Part shown: in pieces, positions 27,301-36,252 of the stretch
Layout of the letters: the number at the start of each line of letters is the position of its first letter
Position numbering within the stretch: the stretch's first letter is position 1
Origin: Thermoplasmata archaeon
Lineage (GTDB): Archaea > Thermoplasmatota > Thermoplasmata > UBA10834
Assembly: GCA_035529455.1 (NCBI GenBank)
Contig: DATKWQ010000040.1
Coordinates: 34,071-98,070, forward strand
Direction of reading: 5' to 3'
Length of the DNA stretch: 64,000 bases
Notes under the pieces: model-generated
Databases searched by the model: none
What the model was told of the DNA's origin: nothing
What the model saw: only the letters and a program-made list of their open reading frames with translations
Position numbers and translations under genes: made by a program

Positions 27301-28541
27301 CTTTCACCGATCCCTACATCGTGCCCGTCGTCGTCAACGTCAGCGACCCCGAGGGTGCCAGTGGCATCGCAATGTTCGATGTTGTGGTAAGTGACAACTT
27401 CCCACCGGAAGTGGTCGACCCAGTCCCGTACTACGATTTGGTCTCTTTCCTTGAGGACGAGTATCTGGACGGTGCCATCTATCTCGATGTCTTGTTTCAA
27501 GACACAGACGATGGCGCGGCCGCGTTGAACTACACAGTCAGCGGAAACAGCAACGTGCGAGTCGCGATCAGTGCGGATTCCCGCGTGAACCTGACAGCTG
27601 CCACAAACTGGTCGGGAACAGAGGTTCTCGAGTTCAGGGCGGTCGACCCACATGGTGCGTGGTGTTCATGGCGAGTGACTGTCACCGTGGTGCCTGTTAA
27701 CGACGCTCCCGTTGTCTTGCCGATTCCCAATTTCGTGATCCGGAGCGACGGCACGAGCACCCACTTCGATATATCGGATTACTTCATCGACAGCGAGACG
27801 CTTTTCGAGGGATTGTCGATACTCGTGATACCCACGCCTGAGGTCATCGTCGTTGGCAAGTACCTCTACGTGGACTTCCCTGACGGTACATCGGAAATCA
27901 CGATAACTATCCAGGCGATCGACTCCGATGGTGCCGAGTCGAACGAGGTTACCTTCTCCGTGAGCATCCTCAAGACTTGGGCCGACACGATAGGCTATCC
28001 GTACACGTTCCTTATCGTGCTCATGGCAGCTGGGATAGGGGGCTACTTCCTCGCGAGGAGGATGCCGCGGCCTTTCGGGCTCGATGACCTCTTCCTCATA
28101 CACAATGATGGACGACTGATATCTCATGTCACCAGAGTGGAAAGCATGACTATGGACAAGGACGTCGTTAGCGCCATGTTCACGGCGGTCCAGGAGTTCG
28201 TCAGAGACTCCTTCCAGGCGGGTGAGGTCGGCCTCAAGAAACTGGAGATTGGCGACAAGAACGTGATGATAAGGAAGGGGAAGTCGGTCTATCTCGCGCT
28301 GATATACTCTGGATGGCCTCCACAGAGCACATTCGACACGCTGGACATGCTGCTCAGCGATGCTGAGGAGCGCTTCCACGGTAAGATAGAGCGCTGGAAC
28401 GGCAAGAGGAATTCCTTGCCTGGTATAGATGAGATGCTGCAGTCGTACATGGCAGAGGGTTACAAGCCTGGCGCATGGCAGCCCGAAGAGGAAGGCATCG
28501 GGGAAGAAGAGTGGGTCGACATCATCAGCAAGGAGAACTAG
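24354..28541 (+). CDS. Giant single-pass surface protein: signal/TM, about 1200-aa extracellular region with Ig/cadherin-like repeats (VNDAPxF motifs), a TM helix, and a cytoplasmic Roadblock/LC7 (MglB-like) domain
   Basis: 1395 aa. N-terminal hydrophobic segment TIAGALVLILAASLF. FAVNDAPSF and VPVNDAPVV cadherin-like signatures. TM IGYPYTFLIVLMAAGIGGYFLARRM. The C-terminal roughly 150 aa show a beta-beta-alpha-beta-beta-alpha pattern (LFLIHNDGRLISHV / DKDVVSAMFTAVQEFVRDSF / KLEIGDKNVMIRKGKSVYLALIYSG / TFDTLDMLLSDAEERF) that aligns by eye with the Roadblock/LC7 topology. The domain assignment is inference from sequence pattern. Confidence 0.65.
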   Translation: MKEGRKATEGICARNRARTIAGALVLILAASLFSTQYGITSESLAESIPSHERLFRLHEGDASVVSDYDWLNSSAVYDNPTLDYDDDGYLGISIRKNLPSQRWRHFWVLYPGVNTDIQIQGDLSAHIWAASQGNESGSQMTIIYSDMAPADWYTPSAWTEIAQSTVPLVGPDYSIFKPYDLVASGVDYVLPVGHHLVITIARGDSINDRLLVLYDDDDFDSYILMDTPTFISVDDVTTTDSLGVEQSVFSDADEVTVLANVSNPFGTYEMLDAEVEVEYSSNGTPVLASTPMPVLREDTSSNPSWKVFTLAIGPLPTGSLVITVYAVDPQGSPSWMNVTVTVISVDHFGIVVPDTVTIMEPFTMTVTALDEADEIVTAWLGTVQLDAFLSDRITPATSVLGVGSILIAGVDLGQKTILGQTCDYSEETIVIRATSGSHQGFSPEIDIRSGAVVNVSLSPEGPLTVSAGAVIEFDAEGTDSLGMLNTTWSPVWTLTGSLGTLAEDGLSATLNTIYAGNGYVNCTNPLTSASQSIAVTVDPLALTSIVLSPNGSITLKERESVAISATGYDLYGNVLTIGSAMWSTTTTGSIVGTGSSATFTAGYIPETGVVEITVGSVKASLEVVVEEAQDGPWLTPIPTQLAAEDSSWLLSLAPYWHYANGTASLRWHAENVNTSLYMVLHDSASEAYVSFLTQPDKFGTDTFRLWVRDANGFSTYQDIDVVIQAIPDPPVFVNSPPTELYVKFDTPYSFDYTYYIKDVDTPKSSLQMFSSLPNNVYFNHVIGTFIFGERDGRNAYFEIITITVTDTKGFDDLKVVVRVTEDTPPSLSEELPDVELDEGETDHFAFDLDDYFFDIDNDYLVYTYGFDNIDIFIDSISHEVYMSATTEWSGTMENTFTAVDPIGALKTDTILVTVFAVNDAPSFRNPGTIHVRYDYAYYLTAAMYVSDPDHSIDELKFSFNTPYIDNEPGRLVLLFPASLLGGPFTDPYIVPVVVNVSDPEGASGIAMFDVVVSDNFPPEVVDPVPYYDLVSFLEDEYLDGAIYLDVLFQDTDDGAAALNYTVSGNSNVRVAISADSRVNLTAATNWSGTEVLEFRAVDPHGAWCSWRVTVTVVPVNDAPVVLPIPNFVIRSDGTSTHFDISDYFIDSETLFEGLSILVIPTPEVIVVGKYLYVDFPDGTSEITITIQAIDSDGAESNEVTFSVSILKTWADTIGYPYTFLIVLMAAGIGGYFLARRMPRPFGLDDLFLIHNDGRLISHVTRVESMTMDKDVVSAMFTAVQEFVRDSFQAGEVGLKKLEIGDKNVMIRKGKSVYLALIYSGWPPQSTFDTLDMLLSDAEERFHGKIERWNGKRNSLPGIDEMLQSYMAEGYKPGAWQPEEEGIGEEEWVDIISKEN

Positions 28542-30241
28542 AACTCCATTCCCTCAGATGACCGCCGTCTGATGAATTCGAGGAGCGTCTCCTTTGAATC
28601 AGGCAGATCGACTCCGTAGTCCCTTTTGAGCCTTAGTGCCTCCACCCTTCGCATGAAGTGCATGGGGAGACAACCTGCGTAGAGCAGTGAATCATGGAAC
28701 TCCCTGAGGTCGAACCGCTCTCCGAGTGCGGACTCTACCTCCTCCCTCAACCTCAGCATCTCCAGCATCCCGATGAAGTACGACATGTAGTAAGTCATTC
28801 CGTACGTGTATGATTTGGCGTCGTCGAGGGCCGCTCCTTCATCCATGCCAGTCTCTTTGACAAGCAGCGCCGCCACCTCTTCGGGGGTCATCGTCTTCCG
28901 CGCAAGGCCAACATCCGCCCTGACCCTCACAATCCTGAACACGAGGTCGTTCAACTGCGCGAGCTTCCCAAGTTGGCTGTTCTGAAAACCTTTCTCGAAC
29001 ATCATGTTCTCGCAGTACAGGGCCCATCCCTCGCCGAAGCACGGCGATGCTGAAATGGTCCTTATATCTGATGGATTCTGATTGGAGCATATGCCTTGCA
29101 GGTGATGCCCCGGGTATCCCTCATGGACAGACGTGTTCGCTATGGACGCGTGGTTGTGTTCCATAAGTAGCTGGAGGTTGCTGTCATGCGGGGTGACCAG
29201 GAACAACCCTGTCATGCATCCCGAGTATTTGCCTGGCTCATATTGGGCTGCGAATGGCATCTGTCGTCTCATGAACTGTGGCGTCTCGATCACCAGGAGT
29301 TTCTCCCCGTTGGGGATAGTGGCAAGACCGTTCGATATGACGAAATCCCTCGCACTCTCTATCCACTCTCTGTAGGATTTCAGCGCCCCCTCGAACGTCG
29401 GTGGATGGTCCTCCTTCATCTTGCGGATCGCATCCGACGGCTTCCCTGATGGGGATAGCTCCTTTGCGACCTTGAGGCGCTGTTTGTCCGCCATCTTGAG
29501 GCCGATGTCCCCAACCTCAAGCGCCTCATCGGCGGTCACGCCGAACTCCTTGAGCTGCATGTACTCTTCGAAGTCCTCCGCGGTGATGGTGTTTTCGTCA
29601 TGAGCTTCCGGCAGGACCTCTTCGAACAGCCATCTTTCGTAGGCGACGATGGCATCCTGGGCGTCCGCTGTTGCGCCGCTGAGTCTCATCATCACCTCAT
29701 CGCTCGTCAGTTTCATGGCCGCGACGCTCTTGATGAGCTCCAGCAGCGATGGGAGCTCCTTTCCCGTGGTGAGGGCGAGCTCGGTCCACATCCTGTACGG
29801 GCGAACAAGGGTCCTTCGCGCGGCCTCCAGGAACGCCGGGGTCTTCTCGAGTCTCGAGATCAACGCTCTCGCTCTCACGTCGAACGGCTGGTCATCCCTC
29901 ACGAACAAGAAGAACAACGACCGGCCTATCTCGTCCTCCGCAATCGACATCTGCTCGGGTATCCTCAACCTCGAGATCTCGAACTCCCTCAGACGGAACA
30001 TGTACATCGCCAGGTCGCGGTCGATGATATGGTCTGGCTCGAGCTCAGCGTCCTTGAACTTGCCGACCATGCGCATGAATTCGGAGAGTCTCTCGACCCT
30101 GTGGTCCCGCGCTTCCATGCTTGGATCCATCATGAGGTGATCGTACTTGCGCCAGCCCAACTGCGTGGAGTATGATGGGTCCCAGCTCAGTATCTCGTCG
30201 ACGATGGTTCTGCACATGCCCGGGAAATCCCGGTTGTCCAT
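28538..30241 (-). CDS. DUF885-family putative metallopeptidase
   Basis: 567 aa. HEGYPGHHLQ matches the conserved HE-x-x-PGHH signature of DUF885. Confidence 0.65.
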   Translation of the reverse strand: MDNRDFPGMCRTIVDEILSWDPSYSTQLGWRKYDHLMMDPSMEARDHRVERLSEFMRMVGKFKDAELEPDHIIDRDLAMYMFRLREFEISRLRIPEQMSIAEDEIGRSLFFLFVRDDQPFDVRARALISRLEKTPAFLEAARRTLVRPYRMWTELALTTGKELPSLLELIKSVAAMKLTSDEVMMRLSGATADAQDAIVAYERWLFEEVLPEAHDENTITAEDFEEYMQLKEFGVTADEALEVGDIGLKMADKQRLKVAKELSPSGKPSDAIRKMKEDHPPTFEGALKSYREWIESARDFVISNGLATIPNGEKLLVIETPQFMRRQMPFAAQYEPGKYSGCMTGLFLVTPHDSNLQLLMEHNHASIANTSVHEGYPGHHLQGICSNQNPSDIRTISASPCFGEGWALYCENMMFEKGFQNSQLGKLAQLNDLVFRIVRVRADVGLARKTMTPEEVAALLVKETGMDEGAALDDAKSYTYGMTYYMSYFIGMLEMLRLREEVESALGERFDLREFHDSLLYAGCLPMHFMRRVEALRLKRDYGVDLPDSKETLLEFIRRRSSEGMEF

Positions 30242-30429
30242 CAGACCTGGATGCGTTCGTTAGGATTTAAGCTTATAATAACGGTGTGACCGGTCCAAGA
30301 ATACTGGCAGTGGCGACTCGAACGCGCCGAACATGGTAGTACATGGGGGGGTTCGCTTGCCCGGATACATCTCTATTAAGATTCTCACAAAGGCTTATAC
30401 CCTCGACCTCTAATTCCATTGACCCAGAC

Positions 30430-32730
30430 ATGTCTAGTTCAGGCAACCAGCCTGTCAAAGTCACTCTCAGGCGCGATCTGGGCCTTTTCGATGTGACTAT
30501 GATCGGTGTAGGAGCGATGATAGGCACGAGCATCTTCGTGCTCATAGGCGTGACCATCGACGAAGTCGGTCCTGCCATCCTGGCGGTGTTCGCGCTGAAC
30601 GCCATCGTCACGATATTCACAGCGGGCGTATATGCAGAGTTGGGCTCGACTTTCCCCGAAGCTGGAGGTGGTTACCTCTGGGCCAAGAAGGCGCTCAAGC
30701 ATCCAGGCGCGTTCCTCAGCGGTTGGATGTCCTGGTTCGGGCACACTGTTGCCTGCAGCTACTACGGGCTCGGTTTCGGATACGCGATGGTCGCGTTCTC
30801 AAACGCGTTTGAAATCGACATGTTCGGTCTCTCCGATGATATGATCGTAAAGGTCTTCGCCGTCATCGTGATATCGTTCTTCGTCTTCGTGAACTACTCT
30901 GGCGTCGGGGCGACCGGCAAGGCGGGAGACCTGATAACAATCATCCAGATATTGATCATCTCATTCTTCGTGGCGTTCATGGTCATCTACGCCTTCGACA
31001 TGAAAGGCATCCACATCATGGACAACTTCGACCCGTTGTTCCCGGAGGGCACGAACGCAGGCAAGATACTGATGATGATGGGATTCACCTTCATAGCGTT
31101 CGAGGGTTACGAGATAATCGTGCAGTGTGGAGAGGAGATAAAGGACCCGAAGAAGAACATCCCAAGAGCCATATTCATCTCAGTGCTTGTGGTGACGGCC
31201 ATGTACCTCAGCGTAGCTTTCGCATGCCTGGCTAATCCTGATGTTAGCTGGATGTGGATAGGCTCCGAAGGCGAGAATGCTGTCATCTCATCGGCCCAGA
31301 TGGTCATTCCGACTGTGGGAGCGCCGCTGATAATCTTGGGATGCCTGTTGTCTGCCATGGCTGCATTGAACGCGACCGTGTTCTCATCCTCGAGAGTCAG
31401 TTTCGCAATGGGACGCGACCGCACACTGCCACGGATCTTCGGTTCGATTCACAAGACGAGGAAGGTACCGCACTATGCGATCCTGATAACCGCTTCGATA
31501 ATGCTGTTCATGGCGTTGTTCTTTCCCCTGGATACGATCGTGGCCTCAACATCGATAATGTTCCTCCTGCTCTTCTCAGTGGCGAATATCGCCTCCATTA
31601 GGCTGCGCCGCAGACTCACCCAGATCGACATAGGCTTCAAGACCCCGCTGTTTCCGCTCTTCCCCGTCGTGGGTATAGTGTCGACTATAGGCATTGCGGT
31701 CTACCTGTGGTGGTTGATACCTGAGGCATGGTATATCGCATCTGTCTGGATAGCCGCTGGTCTTGCGATCTCGATCTTCGCCAAGCCCGAGGAGGAGTTC
31801 ATCTCGATATCTGAGTCTAAGAGAGTCCGGCAACAGCCGTTGCCGAAGGAGCAGGTCGAGAGATACAGGGTGTTCCTGGCATTGGAGAATATCGGCGACC
31901 TCCGTCTGCTGACATTCGCCGGTATTCTCGCCAGGTACTTCAAGGGCGAACTGACCGTCAATAAGATCGTCGAGGTTCCGAGGGCGATGCCCTTGGAGGT
32001 AATCAGCAAGGACTACGTCCAGGAGATGGCGGAGGGTCTTCAGAAAGCCATCAAGGTCACGCCATCAACGGTCAACGTGCGGCCTGCGGTATCGGTCTCC
32101 TACGACGTCGCAGGAGCGATACTGGATCAGACGCGGCATGAGGCGGCAAACCTGCTCGTGCTCGGTTGGAAGGGTACCAGAAGGCGTGGCCGTACGATCC
32201 TCGGAAGGAACCTCGATGTAATGGTCAGGCGAGCATCCTGCGACATAGCTATCATCAAGACGAAGAGAATGAGCAAGAATCCAGAGAGGATACTCCTCGT
32301 ATCCGGCAAGTTCTTCGAGACCAGGAAGGCCCTCCTCCTCACACTGCCGATAGCGAAGGAGTACAACGCTGGGATAGAGATACTAGCCATCGTGACTGAT
32401 GACAAGCAACTCGAGCTGGTCAAGGGCAATGCGAGCCGCCTGAAGAAGATATGCGACCGTGTGCACGTCCCCGCGGAGATAAAGCTTGTACGGTCCAAGT
32501 CCGTGGTGAACTCCGTCATGGAACATGCCCAGGGCGTCGACTTACTGGTCATGGGTGCTGGTCCACAGAGAGCGCTCGAGAGGACGTTGTTCGGCGCCGT
32601 CTACGACAGGATAATCAGGACTGTCGATGTGCCCATGTTGGTGCTGAGGACTTCAAAGACCGAGAAGTCGTCTTCCACACCGTCGCTTCCCGCGGTGAAG
32701 AGCCCATCTCAGTCAAGCAAGCCTAAGTGA
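30430..32730 (+). CDS. APC-family amino acid permease fused to two C-terminal universal stress protein (UspA) domains
   Basis: ORF 30343..32730, with the likely start MSSSGNQPVKV at 30430. About 12 TM segments with the GxG-rich helix 1 (MIGVGAMIGTSIFVLIG). C-terminal tandem alpha/beta USP-like modules (LLVLGWKG..., RILLVSGKF...LLVMGA). Confidence 0.75.
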   Translation: MSSSGNQPVKVTLRRDLGLFDVTMIGVGAMIGTSIFVLIGVTIDEVGPAILAVFALNAIVTIFTAGVYAELGSTFPEAGGGYLWAKKALKHPGAFLSGWMSWFGHTVACSYYGLGFGYAMVAFSNAFEIDMFGLSDDMIVKVFAVIVISFFVFVNYSGVGATGKAGDLITIIQILIISFFVAFMVIYAFDMKGIHIMDNFDPLFPEGTNAGKILMMMGFTFIAFEGYEIIVQCGEEIKDPKKNIPRAIFISVLVVTAMYLSVAFACLANPDVSWMWIGSEGENAVISSAQMVIPTVGAPLIILGCLLSAMAALNATVFSSSRVSFAMGRDRTLPRIFGSIHKTRKVPHYAILITASIMLFMALFFPLDTIVASTSIMFLLLFSVANIASIRLRRRLTQIDIGFKTPLFPLFPVVGIVSTIGIAVYLWWLIPEAWYIASVWIAAGLAISIFAKPEEEFISISESKRVRQQPLPKEQVERYRVFLALENIGDLRLLTFAGILARYFKGELTVNKIVEVPRAMPLEVISKDYVQEMAEGLQKAIKVTPSTVNVRPAVSVSYDVAGAILDQTRHEAANLLVLGWKGTRRRGRTILGRNLDVMVRRASCDIAIIKTKRMSKNPERILLVSGKFFETRKALLLTLPIAKEYNAGIEILAIVTDDKQLELVKGNASRLKKICDRVHVPAEIKLVRSKSVVNSVMEHAQGVDLLVMGAGPQRALERTLFGAVYDRIIRTVDVPMLVLRTSKTEKSSSTPSLPAVKSPSQSSKPK

Positions 32731-33169
32731 TGCTGGCTCCGAACAGTTCGGACAGCGCTCTTCGCGCGGTCTTCGTCAGGTCCATGCCCTTCGCTGTCTC
32801 GTAGGTCGCCCATTTCAGCTCAGTGACTTCTTCGCTGACCTTCTCGTCGCCACCTGTTGGCCGGGCGAGGAAGTCCACCAGAACATAATGGTATCGGACT
32901 TTGCCATCGGTGTCCGCTTCTATCATGTCGAAGGCGTTTATGAGCTCGAGTATCTGCACCTTCACTCCCGTCTCCTCCTCGGTCTCTCTTTCGCCCGCCT
33001 CAGACAGTCTCTCGCCGACCTCGACAAGTCCACCAGGTATGCTCCATTTGCCGGCGCCAGGTTCGAATGCACGCTTTACCAGCAGTATCTTTCCGTCCTT
33101 GATCGTCACTACCCCGACGCCTACCAGAGGGCGTTTGGGATACTCGCGACTGTTTTCGGCATCAGACAT
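32723..33169 (-). CDS. NUDIX hydrolase
   Basis: 148 aa. Nudix box GGLVEVGERLSEAGERETEEETG (Gx5Ex7REUxEExGU). Confidence 0.8.
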   Translation of the reverse strand: MSDAENSREYPKRPLVGVGVVTIKDGKILLVKRAFEPGAGKWSIPGGLVEVGERLSEAGERETEEETGVKVQILELINAFDMIEADTDGKVRYHYVLVDFLARPTGGDEKVSEEVTELKWATYETAKGMDLTKTARRALSELFGASIT

Positions 33170-33171
33170 GT

Positions 33172-34356
33172 TCAGACCTCTCCCTTTCGCTGCCTCATCA
33201 ACAGGAACGCCGCGACGGTGGCTACGGCCACCAGTGTCGCAGCTGCAACCCCATAATATGCGAGAGAGTATGAATCCTCTCCCTGGTCTGTAAGGTGGAT
33301 GATCGTCGCAAGGGTGCTCTTCGCAACCTCCGTCATCAACTCATCGGACAGCTTTTCGACAGTGTCCTCAGAGGTGTGATAGTCTGGATTGACAGGACGT
33401 CCTGTCGTAGGGGAGAGCTCCTCGATCACCAGAATGCTGGGATATTCCGCTTCCCAGAACGAGGCGTGATCGCTATAGACGAAAGTCTCGTCCAGAACCG
33501 TCTGTAGCGATATGTCGACGCCGTACTCTGTTGCTGCTTCCGTCATTGAATGCGCTAGCGAAGCGCTTGCTTCGTTGCACACTAACGTCGCTCGGTTCTC
33601 TGTCGTCACACGGTATCCCACCATGTCCAGCACGAACACGCCATCGTACGAAACACCTGCTTCGACCTCGAGCCTCGCGAAATCAGCGCTGCCCTTCGTG
33701 CCGCCAGAGCCATCGTATCCTATTTCCTCGGCGCCGAATGCCACGAACTTCACTGTCGCGGGGAAATCCGCGGTTTGCGAGAGGACACGTGCCAGCTCGA
33801 GCATGACTCCGACACCTGAGCCGTTGTCGTCCGCACCTGGTGCGGTGATGTTCTCCGCTTCCGACAGGTTGGTGACTTCGGAGTTCTCAGAGTCGTAATG
33901 CGCTCCTATGAGGAAGACGCTCTCTGCCACGACGTCCGGGTTGAGCACCGCGACGACGTTCACGACTGGCGTCCCGTCCACGTAGAATTGCTGCATGTGA
34001 GTCTGCAAGCCAAGAGAGACCATCTCCCCCTGGATGTACAATGCGGACTCCTGGGCGGACGCTGTGTGGAACTCCCTTGTGCCGAAGGACTGGAGGTCCA
34101 CAATCGTGCTCAGGATCTCAGCGCCCGATATCTCATTCAGCAGCAAATGCCCGAAGGAGTCATCTCCTCCGCGGGAGTTGTCGCAGACAGGAGCAACCAC
34201 TGTTGAGAAAAGGAGTAGGACCGCTGCAACGCTGGTCTTTGACCGTACCATCGTTCTTCCCTCGCACAACTCGCCTCTCATGGTCGCCCGCGGGGGACAC
34301 GACATGTCGGGAGGCGCATTCTCCTTAGTGATTGCGCCAACGATATTAGTATACAT
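33172..34356 (-). CDS. M28-family aminopeptidase, secreted, with C-terminal TM anchor
   Basis: 394 aa. Signal peptide. HYDSEN, DDNGSGVGVMLELARV and FVAFGAEEIGYDGS match M28 Zn-ligand motifs. C-terminal TM helix followed by RQRKGEV. Confidence 0.75.
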   Translation of the reverse strand: MYTNIVGAITKENAPPDMSCPPRATMRGELCEGRTMVRSKTSVAAVLLLFSTVVAPVCDNSRGGDDSFGHLLLNEISGAEILSTIVDLQSFGTREFHTASAQESALYIQGEMVSLGLQTHMQQFYVDGTPVVNVVAVLNPDVVAESVFLIGAHYDSENSEVTNLSEAENITAPGADDNGSGVGVMLELARVLSQTADFPATVKFVAFGAEEIGYDGSGGTKGSADFARLEVEAGVSYDGVFVLDMVGYRVTTENRATLVCNEASASLAHSMTEAATEYGVDISLQTVLDETFVYSDHASFWEAEYPSILVIEELSPTTGRPVNPDYHTSEDTVEKLSDELMTEVAKSTLATIIHLTDQGEDSYSLAYYGVAAATLVAVATVAAFLLMRQRKGEV

Positions 34357-34373
34357 AGCCGTTCTCCCGCTTC

Positions 34374-35093
34374 GTGGATCTGAGCGACAAGTTCCGGTCG
34401 GTGAATTCGCAGTTGGTCGGGGGGCGTGTGAGCGCCAGGCTTCATCCGTACAAGGAGCTCAAGCACACGTGGCGTTCTTATGATGGTGGCTTGACTTTCA
34501 AGGTCAGCGATTACATGAGAGGCGCGCCTGAGGACGTCGTGGAATCCCTCGCGTGGTTCCTCATCTGTCGAGCGAGAGAGAAGGAGTGCCCGAGAGGCCT
34601 CTCATCAAGATACCTGAACCACGTCCGGTCCACCGAGTTCTGGGCGGACCGCCGTTCAGTCTACCTCAGCAGGGCGAGAAACCTATCGTTCAGACCCCGA
34701 GGAAGCGCTCATGATCTCGCAGCGGCGTTCGAATACGTGAACTCGTGCTACTTTGACGGGAAGGTGTCCGTGCCCGATCTCGTTTGGGCGAGGGAGTCTC
34801 CGTCCAGGAGGATGGGGTTCTACCATCAACCGTTGGGCATACTTGCGGTGAATAGGGCTTTGGACTCGGAGCGAGTGCCCAGATACGTTCTCGAGTTCGT
34901 CGTCTATCACGAGATGCTACACGGGGTCACTGAGCCAGAGGATGGCCTGAACCACCGTGTCTTTCACACCAAGGAGTTCCGGGCCAGGGAGCGTGAGTTT
35001 GCGAGATACGAAGAGGCGCAGAAATGGCTGAGCCGCATCGCGAGCTCGTCGAAGGGGAACTCGAGGGCGACATCGATTGTCCCCCAGGTGTAA
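34374..35093 (+). CDS. DUF45/YgjP-like zinc metallohydrolase (HEMLH)
   Basis: 239 aa. VVYHEMLHGV..NHRVFHTKEF..EAQKWL matches the DUF45 pattern HExxH...H..F...WL. Confidence 0.5.
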   Translation: MDLSDKFRSVNSQLVGGRVSARLHPYKELKHTWRSYDGGLTFKVSDYMRGAPEDVVESLAWFLICRAREKECPRGLSSRYLNHVRSTEFWADRRSVYLSRARNLSFRPRGSAHDLAAAFEYVNSCYFDGKVSVPDLVWARESPSRRMGFYHQPLGILAVNRALDSERVPRYVLEFVVYHEMLHGVTEPEDGLNHRVFHTKEFRAREREFARYEEAQKWLSRIASSSKGNSRATSIVPQV

Positions 35094-35355
35094 CAGCGCG
35101 GTTCATAGCTTGCGAACGCAGTCTCACCGCCCTGACCCTCCTGGGGGTTGGTGTTGTGCGCCGAATTGTCCCCTGCACACGTCTCGATGGCACACCGGGA
35201 TTCGCAGGGGGGCCCATGCAGCACACGACTGCCTGTACCACACGTTCCTTTCGGGCGCGAGGCACAGACAGATGACATCAAGGCATGTGGTCGCTTATAT
35301 CGTTTTTCCATCTCGCTTGCGGCAATCGTTTTATAGTCAAATGCCATTATAAAAA

Positions 35356-36252
35356 TTGATGGCAGCGTTGATTGGCTGCTCTGGGTGGTCCTACGATGAT
35401 TGGGTGGGAAGGTTCTACCCGACAGATATCGCCAATAGGAAGAGCGAGTGGTTTTCATATTACTCGAAGTACTTCCCGACAGTGGAGATAAACTCGACGT
35501 TCTATCGCGTCCCGAACGAGTTTGTCGTGAAGTCATGGATCGAGAAGGGTGGGCATAGGCCTGGATTCGAGTTCTCGGTCAAATTGCCTCAGATGATCAC
35601 GCACGAATCCATCCTCAAGGACGCCCCCGAGAAAGCAGCCGCGTTGGCGTCCAGTTTCGAAGGGCTGTGTATCAAGCCTCTGGCGAACGCCGGGCTCCTG
35701 GGTGGCGTTCTCGTCCAGCTGTCGCCACATTTCAGGTTCGAGGGCGATGCGAGCCTCGGAAGGCTGAGGGCGCTGTTCCAGCTCCTGGACACGGATGCCC
35801 ATGACTATGCGGTTGAGTTCCGCCATCGGAGTTGGCTGAACGAGAAGGGCAACGAGGTCGTGTCAGATGGGTTGGAGGCCATGCAGGAGTTCAAGGTGGC
35901 GAACGTCATCGTGGACGGCCCTGGATTCCCGATCACGAGATCGCTCACCTCGAAGCACGCTTATGTCCGCCTGCACGGCCGCAACTACGACATATGGTTC
36001 AAGGACGAGACTGAGGACGATTACAGGATCAACCGATATGACTACCTCTACACCCTCGAGCAGCTGGGTTCATGGAGACCGAGGATAGAGGAGATTGTGT
36101 CCAACTGCGAGAGGGCGCGTATCTACTTCAACAACCACGGGAGGGCGAAGGCGGTGAAGAACGCGTTCCAGATGATGGACCTCCTCGGGGTAGAGCACGA
36201 ATCGAAAGAGATAGACATACAGGACCAGATGACTCTGAGCGGCTTCAGCTGA
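35356..36252 (+). CDS. DUF72 (UPF0759, YecE-like) family protein
   Basis: 298 aa. The N-terminus GCSGWSYDDWVGRFYP...VEINSTFYRVP is the DUF72 hallmark. Confidence 0.8.
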   Translation: MMAALIGCSGWSYDDWVGRFYPTDIANRKSEWFSYYSKYFPTVEINSTFYRVPNEFVVKSWIEKGGHRPGFEFSVKLPQMITHESILKDAPEKAAALASSFEGLCIKPLANAGLLGGVLVQLSPHFRFEGDASLGRLRALFQLLDTDAHDYAVEFRHRSWLNEKGNEVVSDGLEAMQEFKVANVIVDGPGFPITRSLTSKHAYVRLHGRNYDIWFKDETEDDYRINRYDYLYTLEQLGSWRPRIEEIVSNCERARIYFNNHGRAKAVKNAFQMMDLLGVEHESKEIDIQDQMTLSGFS

